64,000 bases of DNA from Anaerolineales bacterium. Its GTDB lineage: Bacteria; Chloroflexota; Anaerolineae; UBA1429. Below are positions 40,649 to 47,937 of this stretch, in pieces. The stretch spans positions 79-64,078 of the forward strand of contig JBKHJO010000008.1 in assembly GCA_046538105.1 (NCBI GenBank), written 5' to 3'. A program made the position numbers and the translations under genes. The first letter of the stretch is position 1. Each line of letters opens with the position of its first letter. Below the pieces are notes generated by a model that saw nothing but the letters and a program-made list of their open reading frames with translations, did no database searches and had not been told where the DNA came from.

Positions 40649-41266
40649 ATGCTAGAAGGAATCCATTGGTTGGGACACGCGAGCGTTCGTATAGACGATA
40701 AAGTAGTGATCTATATCGATCCCTGGAAAGTTGCCGAGAGCAAGCCCGCCGATCTTATCTTGGTGACCCACGGACACCACGACCACCTGTCTCTAGAGGA
40801 TATCGATAGGCTGTCGACACCGGATACAGTCATCGTATCTCCGGCGTCCTGTGCGGGGGAACTTTCAGGCGACGTGCGTACCATCTCTGTGGGGGATACT
40901 TTACAGATTGGGGAGGTCTCGATCGAGGCAGTACCCTCTTATAATATAGATAAACCCAATCACCCCCGGGTGGCCGGAAACGTGGGGTACCTCGTCGAGG
41001 TGGGAGAGCGGCGTATATACCATGCGGGAGACACGGACCTGATTCCCGAGATGGATGATATCCGCTGTGATGTCGCACTGTTGCCTGCGGGAGGAACGTA
41101 TACCATGGATGCCGACGAGGCTGCCCAGGCTCTCTCGCACATTGAGACTCAGGTTGCCATTCCCATCCATTGGGGTGAGATCGTAGGCTCTGGGGAGGAT
41201 GCCCGGCGGTTTAAGGACCAGTCACCCGAGGGAGTAGAGGTGGTCATCTTGGAAGCGGAGGGATAG
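40649..41266 (+). CDS. MBL-fold metallo-hydrolase
   Basis: The start is the ATG at 40649 with GGAGGGAG upstream. The HxHxDH motif is THGHHDH. Confidence 0.75.
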   Translation: MLEGIHWLGHASVRIDDKVVIYIDPWKVAESKPADLILVTHGHHDHLSLEDIDRLSTPDTVIVSPASCAGELSGDVRTISVGDTLQIGEVSIEAVPSYNIDKPNHPRVAGNVGYLVEVGERRIYHAGDTDLIPEMDDIRCDVALLPAGGTYTMDADEAAQALSHIETQVAIPIHWGEIVGSGEDARRFKDQSPEGVEVVILEAEG

Positions 41267-41288
41267 AACGCTGCTGGCTACTACCGCG

Positions 41289-42338
41289 TTGATAGATGGT
41301 TCCTATGACGAGGGGGGAGGGCAGATACTGCGCACGGCCCTCGCCCTCTCTGCCCTGACGGGGCGTCCCTTGCATATTGAGAACGTGCGTTCTGGGCGCA
41401 GGAATCCGGGATTGCGCCCGCAGCATCTGGCAGCCGTGCGCGCCATGGGTGTGCTTTGTGATGCGGATGTGGAGGGTGATGGCTTGGGGTCCAAGACAGT
41501 GGATTTTTGTCCTCAGTGTTCGGTCGAGGGAGGCCAATATACCTTTGATATATCGGAACTGGCTGGCCAATCGAGCGCGGGCTCGGTGACCCTGTTACTA
41601 CAGGCACTCTTTGTTCCTCTTGCGTTCTCCCGGCAGGATTCGGAACTCGTTCTTGTAGGGGGTACCCACGTGCGTTGGAGCCCTCCCTATCATTATCTGG
41701 CTCACGTGTACCGCCCCTTTGTAAAGGATCTGGGTTTTGGGCTGGATCTGAAGTTGCCTACGTGGGGTTGGTATCCCAGAGGCGGGGGAAAGATCGTTGC
41801 CCGTATCGAGGGATTGGGGTCCGAGCCAGAGGGACTCTCTCTCCAGAGTGTGGAAGCACGGGGAAAATTGCTAAGAGTCTCGGGAATCTCGGCGGCATCG
41901 AATTTGCCCCGTCACATCGTCGAGCGCCAACGAGAGCAGGCGCTGGCTTATTTTCGCTCCCGTCACATCAAACCCGAGATCGAACTGGTGGACGCCCCCT
42001 CACCGGGCAAGGGGACCGTGCTTTTTGTGCTGGCCCAGTACGAGCATGTGAACGCTGGATTCACGGGATATGGCCGCATGAGGTACCCGGCCGAGGACGT
42101 GGCCGACGATGCCACCGACGCTTTTGAGGCACACAGAACAAGAAAAGGGGCCCTGGATCCCTACCTGGCGGATCAGGTGCTTCTACCCCTGACTCTGGTG
42201 CCCGGGGATTCCTCCTATACCACCAGCCGCGTGACAGGGCACCTGTTGACCATGGCTTGGCTTGTAGAGCATTTTCTCGATCGTAGAGTGACTGTTACGG
42301 GAGAAGAGGGGACGCCCGGCCGTGTCGAGGTGGCATAG
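41289..42338 (+). CDS. rtcA: RNA 3'-terminal phosphate cyclase
   Basis: 349 aa ORF. Reads IDGSYDEGGGQILRTALALSALTG... Confidence 0.85.
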   Translation: MIDGSYDEGGGQILRTALALSALTGRPLHIENVRSGRRNPGLRPQHLAAVRAMGVLCDADVEGDGLGSKTVDFCPQCSVEGGQYTFDISELAGQSSAGSVTLLLQALFVPLAFSRQDSELVLVGGTHVRWSPPYHYLAHVYRPFVKDLGFGLDLKLPTWGWYPRGGGKIVARIEGLGSEPEGLSLQSVEARGKLLRVSGISAASNLPRHIVERQREQALAYFRSRHIKPEIELVDAPSPGKGTVLFVLAQYEHVNAGFTGYGRMRYPAEDVADDATDAFEAHRTRKGALDPYLADQVLLPLTLVPGDSSYTTSRVTGHLLTMAWLVEHFLDRRVTVTGEEGTPGRVEVA

Positions 42339-42361
42339 TTGCTGATGGGTGTGTTTCCCTT

Positions 42362-42877
42362 TTAGTGGTAGCGTATCACACGGAAGCGGTACATATCGTA
42401 GGGTTCCCCGGGAGTGATTCGCGCCTTTCGCAGGGCGATGCTGACCTGTTTTTCGGCGGTGTCCACACCTTCAAGGTCGGGTAGCAGCAGGCCCCGCCGT
42501 GGGCCACTCTCCACAATGACGCCATACTCCTTTGGATCGAGTTCCTTTATGGAGTCGATAGGTTCTGGCTCGCCAAGCACGTCCACCGAGATCTCCAGGT
42601 CATCGAGTTCCTGTGCTTCGACAGGAGGAAAACGGGGATCGCGCGTGGCGGCGCTTATGGCGTTGGCGATGACTTCTTGGACCACGTTGGATTGTCGCGG
42701 TTCGATAGTACCGATGCAGCCCCGGAGCTCTCCGTTTTTGTGTAGAGAAACAAAGATGCCCGCTTTTCTCTTCATCTCCTGGGAGAGCGTTTCGGGGGGA
42801 TCCATGGGCTCATCATATTTTATATAGTGCTCAATCGTTTTGTGGGCGATTTCGACGAGGGGATGTCTCTTGGTCAT
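42362..42877 (-). CDS. AMMECR1 domain protein
   Basis: 171 aa ORF. Reads [21 protein letters not shown]. Confidence 0.8.
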   Translation of the reverse strand: MTKRHPLVEIAHKTIEHYIKYDEPMDPPETLSQEMKRKAGIFVSLHKNGELRGCIGTIEPRQSNVVQEVIANAISAATRDPRFPPVEAQELDDLEISVDVLGEPEPIDSIKELDPKEYGVIVESGPRRGLLLPDLEGVDTAEKQVSIALRKARITPGEPYDMYRFRVIRYH

Positions 42878-42958
42878 GTCTCCTCTCTTTCGTCGTCTGG
42901 TCTATGGGGTTATTTTCCCACCTCATACACCTGATTCGGAATCGCTCGTGAATCTCGC

Positions 42959-43453
42959 CTAATCCTCTTCTGACGTTTCCTCCAGACGCCTGAGCGTCTG
43001 ATTGAGTTGCTCCTGTAGGGACTCGGCTTCCTCTTTTAGTCTCCCCAGTGCATCCTTTTCGTATTCGCCTTCGGGCGGCTCATTCTCATGTTCGTGTGTT
43101 TGGCTGGTAGCGCAGGAGGTGGCCCCCTCGAGTTCACCGCCGAGATACTGCTCCAGGCTCATGCGTACCGTCCCCATGGCGCCTGTGACAGGTTCGATCC
43201 CGTACTGGGAAAAGATCTGTAGGGCCCGCGCGCCCATACCGCCCGTCAGCATGACATCCGCTCCCTGCTCCTCTATGAATTCGGGCACCTGGCCAGGTCT
43301 GTGAGCCCCATAGTAGGGATTCTCCACCTGCAGAACCTGCTCTATATCGTGGTTTTCCACATCCACGATGATAAAATAGGGACAACGTCCAAAGTGCGGA
43401 CTGATGGTGCTATCTAATCCGTTCTTATCGTCTGCTGAGATGGCGATGCGCAT
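42959..43453 (-). CDS. NifX/NafY-like dinitrogenase FeMo-cofactor-family (PF02579) protein with a C-terminal acidic coiled-coil tail, copy 1
   Basis: The start is the ATG at 43451-43453 with GGAGGAAT upstream. The core reads MRIAISADDKNGLDSTISPHFGRCPYFIIVD...GADVMLTGGMGARA. The tail reads LKEEAESLQEQLNQTLRRLEE. Confidence 0.7.
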   Translation of the reverse strand: MRIAISADDKNGLDSTISPHFGRCPYFIIVDVENHDIEQVLQVENPYYGAHRPGQVPEFIEEQGADVMLTGGMGARALQIFSQYGIEPVTGAMGTVRMSLEQYLGGELEGATSCATSQTHEHENEPPEGEYEKDALGRLKEEAESLQEQLNQTLRRLEETSEED

Positions 43454-43457
43454 GAGA

Positions 43458-43931
43458 TTATTCCTCCTTTTGCAGATTTTCAATTCGTGTCATGATGTCA
43501 GCCAAGCGTTTACGCAGTTCGGCAAGCTGTGATGTCAGGGCGACAAGCTCCCTTTGACGCCTTTCCTCGCTCAGGGGGGCGTTCTCTATCTCCAGGCTCT
43601 GAACCTGCGTGCCCTCTGCCGGGGCCTTTAGGGCCTCTACGGCTTGCCGTACTGTACTTGCCTCGGTTATATAGATATCTATCCCGGCGGCTATGAGGAC
43701 ATCGCGCGCGTTAGGCCCCACGTTACCCGTGAGCGCCGCATCCACATTTTTGGAAAGAACGAACTGCGCCGCCTTAATCCCTGCACCTCCGGGAGCATTC
43801 TGAGCCGGATTGGAAAGCGATTCGCTTTCCATGGTTTCGGTATCAATGAGGACGTATACAGGGCAGCGCCCGAACGTGGGACTGACACTGGCGTCCATGC
43901 CGGGTTCTTTGGCAGATACGATGATTTGCAT
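43458..43931 (-). CDS. NifX/NafY-like dinitrogenase FeMo-cofactor-family (PF02579) protein with a C-terminal coiled-coil tail, copy 2
   Basis: 157 aa ORF. The core reads MQIIVSAKEPGMDASVSPTFGRCPVYVLID...VDAALTGNVGPNA. The tail reads ELVALTSQLAELRKRLADIMTRIENLQKEE. Confidence 0.7.
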   Translation of the reverse strand: MQIIVSAKEPGMDASVSPTFGRCPVYVLIDTETMESESLSNPAQNAPGGAGIKAAQFVLSKNVDAALTGNVGPNARDVLIAAGIDIYITEASTVRQAVEALKAPAEGTQVQSLEIENAPLSEERRQRELVALTSQLAELRKRLADIMTRIENLQKEE

Positions 43932-43943
43932 TCCGCTCCTTGC

Positions 43944-44339
43944 TCACGTTTCTGTGTCGAATTCGTCTGTATAGGCCTTCAGGAAAGAATGTAACACCTT
44001 ATCTGTGGCCCGCAGATCTTTGACCCAGTCGGCCAGATAGCCTTTTCCTCTGGGAGTAATGGTGTATACGCGGCGGGGGGGACCGGCTGTCACCTCCAAA
44101 TCCCAGCTCGATTCTACCATGCCCGCTTCTTCCAGATTGCGCAGTGTGCGGTATATGGCGCTAAAGTCCACCGGGTATTCCTCAAAGCCCAGGGAGTCCA
44201 ATCCCTCCATAAGACCGTAGCCGTGCATGGGTTCGCGGTGTAGGAGCAGCAACAGCGCGGGCTCCACAAAGCGTCTGATACGTCGCGGCCCCGTGGGTCC
44301 TTGACCTCTGCGTCTTCTACGCCCCATATGTGCCCCCAC
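43944..44339 (-). CDS. PadR-family transcriptional regulator
   Basis: 131 aa ORF. The winged-helix block is LLLLLHREPMHGYGLMEGLDS...IYRTLRNLEEAGMV. Confidence 0.8.
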   Translation of the reverse strand: MGAHMGRRRRRGQGPTGPRRIRRFVEPALLLLLHREPMHGYGLMEGLDSLGFEEYPVDFSAIYRTLRNLEEAGMVESSWDLEVTAGPPRRVYTITPRGKGYLADWVKDLRATDKVLHSFLKAYTDEFDTET

Positions 44340-44401
44340 TTTGCTGCGCGCATACTAGATGATATATTCATATAGTTATTATAGAAGAGATCTGGTTGCT
44401 G

Positions 44402-45385
44402 TCAAACACTGCCCGCCTCGCTTTGCGTCCTCTCTTGCCACGATTCAAGGGTGTGTATAAGGGCCTCCGGCGTTTCACAGGCGACCAGTTTGGCACGCAG
44501 TGCTGTGGCGCCGGAAAAGGTGCGGATATATTTGACCACATGTTTTCGAAAGCGTACCAGGCCGAACTGCTCCCCATGATGGGCTATCATGGCCTCCAGG
44601 TGCTGGGAGATGACTCGCAAGCGCTCCTCATAGGAAACCCCATCTGCGTTTTGTCCCGCAAAGATCCAGGGATTGCCTATGGCCGCCCGGCCTATAAGGA
44701 CGGCGTCGCAGCCCGTGGCTTCCTTCATGGCACGGATATCGTCCACCCTGCGGATATCCCCATTCCCCAACACGGGGATTCCCACTGCCTCCTTTATCTC
44801 TGCGATGGCCTGCCAATCGGCCTTCCCGCTGTATCCCTGAGCCCGCGTTCGCCCGTGCACGGCGATGGCCGAGATGCCGTTGACCTCCAGAATGTGTGCT
44901 ATCTCCAGATAATTCAGAGATTCTTGGTCCCAGCCCAGGCGTATCTTGGCAGTGATGGGCAGGGGAAGCTCCTCGACGAGTATCCCCGTTATGCGTTCTA
45001 CCCTGTCTGGACGACGCAGGAGGGCTGCTCCTCTGCCGCCGGAGGTAACTCGCCTGGCGGGACAACCCAGGTTGAGGTCGATGATGTCTGGTTCTCGCTC
45101 GAGGACTCTTTTCGCCGCCCTGAGTAGCATCTTGGCGTCCTTGCCTAATAACTGGATGGCTACGGGGCGTTCTTCCTCGGCAAAGTGGAGGGGGTCCGGT
45201 TTCCTTGGTGAACGGTGGATCACCTCATTGTCCGAGATACAGGGCACGTGGCTCATGGCCGAGCCAAATCGACGACACAACAGGCGAAAGGGTGTATCTG
45301 AATAGCCCGACAGGGGGGCGAGTATGGTGTCTCCATATATGGGTACGTTCCCGATCTTGAACTGCGGGGATTGTGTATCTTTCAT
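44402..45385 (-). CDS. tRNA-dihydrouridine synthase
   Basis: 327 aa ORF. The Dus TIM barrel has the catalytic Cys context IDLNLGCPARRV. The helical tRNA-binding C-domain is present. Confidence 0.85.
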   Translation of the reverse strand: MKDTQSPQFKIGNVPIYGDTILAPLSGYSDTPFRLLCRRFGSAMSHVPCISDNEVIHRSPRKPDPLHFAEEERPVAIQLLGKDAKMLLRAAKRVLEREPDIIDLNLGCPARRVTSGGRGAALLRRPDRVERITGILVEELPLPITAKIRLGWDQESLNYLEIAHILEVNGISAIAVHGRTRAQGYSGKADWQAIAEIKEAVGIPVLGNGDIRRVDDIRAMKEATGCDAVLIGRAAIGNPWIFAGQNADGVSYEERLRVISQHLEAMIAHHGEQFGLVRFRKHVVKYIRTFSGATALRAKLVACETPEALIHTLESWQERTQSEAGSV

Positions 45386-45538
45386 AACTTGTGAGTTCTC
45401 GATCTCTATCGATTGCTATTGTAGATTCTATTGACCTGAGTTCATTTTAGGATAGCGAGGCGTGCTGAGCCAAATCTCGTACGTGTGGGTGATTGCAGTG
45501 CCCGTCGTTGTGATGCTTTTGCATAAGGACTTTGCACT

Positions 45539-45567
45539 TTGACGGGTTACTTCATGTGTGGTAAAAT
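45539..45567 (+). promoter_or_regulatory. Sigma-70-type promoter of tRNA-Val
   Basis: TTGACG (45539-45544), 17-nt spacer, TAAAAT (45562-45567). The tRNA begins 30 nt downstream. Confidence 0.5.
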
Positions 45568-45597
45568 GGTTGGTCGTGATGTATAAGACGAGTTTTG

Positions 45598-45670
45598 GGG
45601 CGGATAGCTCAGTTGGGAGAGCACTTCCCTTACAAGGAAGGGGTCACAGGTTCGAGTCCTGTTTCGCCCA
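45598..45670 (+). tRNA. tRNA-Val (anticodon TAC)
   Basis: Manual cloverleaf. Acceptor GGGCGGA / TTCGCCC (one G-U pair). D-arm GCTC...GAGC. Anticodon arm CTTCC-CTTACAA-GGAAG. T-arm ACAGG-TTCGAGT-CCTGT. Discriminator A. CCA is not encoded. Confidence 0.85.
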
Positions 45671-45683
45671 CTCTTTGTGAGAA

Positions 45684-45716
45684 GGCTTCGGCGCGAAAGC
45701 GGCCGAGGCCTTTGTT
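45684..45716 (+). terminator. Rho-independent terminator after tRNA-Val
   Basis: GC-rich stem GGCTTCGGCGC / GCGGCCGAGGCC (about 9-10 bp with a G-U pair) followed by TTTGTT. Confidence 0.45.
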
Positions 45717-45756
45717 AGCGTTGGCGTGATAGCACCTTTGCCCTGAGGAGGATGGT

Positions 45757-47442
45757 ATGCCCGGGTTTCGCAAGCTAAAGACGCAGCAAGAGACTTTTTG
45801 GCGTGATGAGTATCAGGTATCCGAGGAGGATCTCGATCTCGTGACCGGGCTTATTCTTGACGAGGGTACACCTCAGCCCCTCAGCGTGCTGACGTCAACC
45901 ATCATTCTACGTCGCTTCCGCCAGGAACAGCAGGAGGTCTCACGACAGGCGGAGCAGGGGATGATTTATCGTCCTGTCGACGAGTATCAGGTGGGGGACG
46001 AACTGGTCTTTTCTGCCCTGGACTTTGTCGTGGGTGAGGTGGTTGGTATACGGGAGGGGGATAATCCCAGGTATGAGTCCTTTGACGTTATTCGCGTCGA
46101 CCTTGGGGAGGAGGAACGCGAGTTCGCCTCTGGCTTTGATCACGCGCATCCCCTGAATCGTCCCGTCGAAGAATTGGTAAGCAGGACGGATGAAGAGATG
46201 GATGAGGCCGATCTGCTTCGCCTTTTCGAGCACTATGTGGCGAGCAAGTTGGAGCCCACCTTGGAAGAGGACGAGGATTTTATACGCTTTGGCGATGCCT
46301 GGTTCCTCAGTGCGCTTTTGCCCGAGATTCATGTCGGGCATCTCAATCTGGCCGAGGCCGTCATCTATGAGGCGGGAGAGTCCGTAAAGGCCGAGGAGAT
46401 GGTGGAAGATCTGGAATTGGAGAGTGGCTCCCTTGAAGCCCAGGTCTTTGCGTTGAATCGGGCTTTGGAGCAGGATGAGCGCTTTGACGACGTGAGTATG
46501 GATGACTCTCCGGCTTGGTATCTGCGGGCCTTGGAGCCAGAGGCTATCTATGAGCGTCCTCAGGTTCATGAGGTGGGCTATAGGGCCGAAGGTGGGGAAC
46601 ATATCGGCCTGACCATGCTGGATATGGTCGAGGAGATCGGCGATGAACTGGACAGCGTGGAGACCGTGATCCTGGACAAAGTCTCCGATATTCATTTTGA
46701 GGTTATCTTCCCCCATCTACAGGCGGGGACTATGCCCGCTACGCGACAGTTCATGCGACATCTTCCCTCCGATACGACGAGGCATCATTCCCCCATAACC
46801 TTTATCGACAGGGATACGGGAGAGCCTATGAAGGTGTGGGTGGTGCCTGAAGAAGGGTACGTGTGTGGATTGGAAGATTGGTACGCACAGGTGGGGATGT
46901 GCGTGGGAGGACGCGTGACCGTGAAAGCATTGGAAGATCCCCTTACCTTTGAGATAACGGTGGAACCAGAGCGCGGTGGAAGCAGCAATTGGGTGCGTTC
47001 GGCTTCCGTAGAAAACGGTCGACTGGTTTTGCAGATGCAGCGGGCCAATATTGCCGTGGATTGCGATCCCAACATGATGGTGGATATTCCCGATCCTCAG
47101 GAAATTGTGCAGTTCATGGAGAGCACAGCGGAGGACGATCCTTCCCTCGGCTCCCTTATTCGGACCGCGATTCGAGAGTTGGTCAAACTGAGCAGTCGCG
47201 GTGTGGTTCATGCCAAGGCCATCTACTCGGTGGTCAATCTCTTGCGACGTACAGGCGCCGTTCCCATATTTTCAGAATTGACGCGCAATGCTTGTTTTGA
47301 TCCCGTGAGAGAGGGGTTCTGGGCCTATGACACGGAACTTGAGGGGGAAATCTATTCGGATCCTGAGGAGATGAGAGAGCGTTCTCTCTCCGAGCGCGAG
47401 GATGTGCTAAGGGATCAGGTTGTGCAATATCTTGGCAGATAG
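45757..47442 (+). CDS. Hypothetical acidic protein (561 aa), no recognisable domain
   Basis: Long ORF with good coding texture and high acidity (many E/D). No Walker, HxH or other catalytic signature. First gene after tRNA-Val. Confidence 0.6.
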   Translation: MPGFRKLKTQQETFWRDEYQVSEEDLDLVTGLILDEGTPQPLSVLTSTIILRRFRQEQQEVSRQAEQGMIYRPVDEYQVGDELVFSALDFVVGEVVGIREGDNPRYESFDVIRVDLGEEEREFASGFDHAHPLNRPVEELVSRTDEEMDEADLLRLFEHYVASKLEPTLEEDEDFIRFGDAWFLSALLPEIHVGHLNLAEAVIYEAGESVKAEEMVEDLELESGSLEAQVFALNRALEQDERFDDVSMDDSPAWYLRALEPEAIYERPQVHEVGYRAEGGEHIGLTMLDMVEEIGDELDSVETVILDKVSDIHFEVIFPHLQAGTMPATRQFMRHLPSDTTRHHSPITFIDRDTGEPMKVWVVPEEGYVCGLEDWYAQVGMCVGGRVTVKALEDPLTFEITVEPERGGSSNWVRSASVENGRLVLQMQRANIAVDCDPNMMVDIPDPQEIVQFMESTAEDDPSLGSLIRTAIRELVKLSSRGVVHAKAIYSVVNLLRRTGAVPIFSELTRNACFDPVREGFWAYDTELEGEIYSDPEEMRERSLSEREDVLRDQVVQYLGR

Positions 47443-47453
47443 GGAGGAGATCG

Positions 47454-47879
47454 ATGGCTGTGAAGTGGCAGCGTCCTACCGTAGATACTGAATTTCACAT
47501 CGACCTGGCTTGGTGGAAGCAGAGAAATCGCGATATCCGCATTCATATGCGCGATGTGTTGTGCGAGAAGTGTCGCGAAGAATACGGAGAGGATTTCCTG
47601 AATCTGCGAGAGGTCGATTGGGTCGATGAGCAGACGGGCGAGGTCGAGCGAGTCGATCCCTTATGGCATAGTATACGGACGTGTTGCAGTTCTCAGTCTG
47701 ACTATATCACGCCGAATACTCCCATCGTCGATGCCGTATTTCGCACTTTTCTGGCCAATGGCAACGAGCCCCTCTCAATTCAGGAGTTGTATGATCTCCT
47801 CAACAGGCGACCGCCGGACGTTCTCCTGCGTATTCTCACTGCTGGCCAGGTGTATATGGGGATTCGGCCTGTAAGATAG
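47454..47879 (+). CDS. Hypothetical small Cys-rich protein (141 aa), possible zinc-ribbon
   Basis: Begins 12 nt after the upstream stop. Contains CEKC...(about 50 aa)...CC. Confidence 0.5.
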   Translation: MAVKWQRPTVDTEFHIDLAWWKQRNRDIRIHMRDVLCEKCREEYGEDFLNLREVDWVDEQTGEVERVDPLWHSIRTCCSSQSDYITPNTPIVDAVFRTFLANGNEPLSIQELYDLLNRRPPDVLLRILTAGQVYMGIRPVR

Positions 47880-47937
47880 GGTTTGCTCGGGACGGCTGCG
47901 ACGAAGAGGAGGGAATCGCACATGTGGTTCCCTCCTC

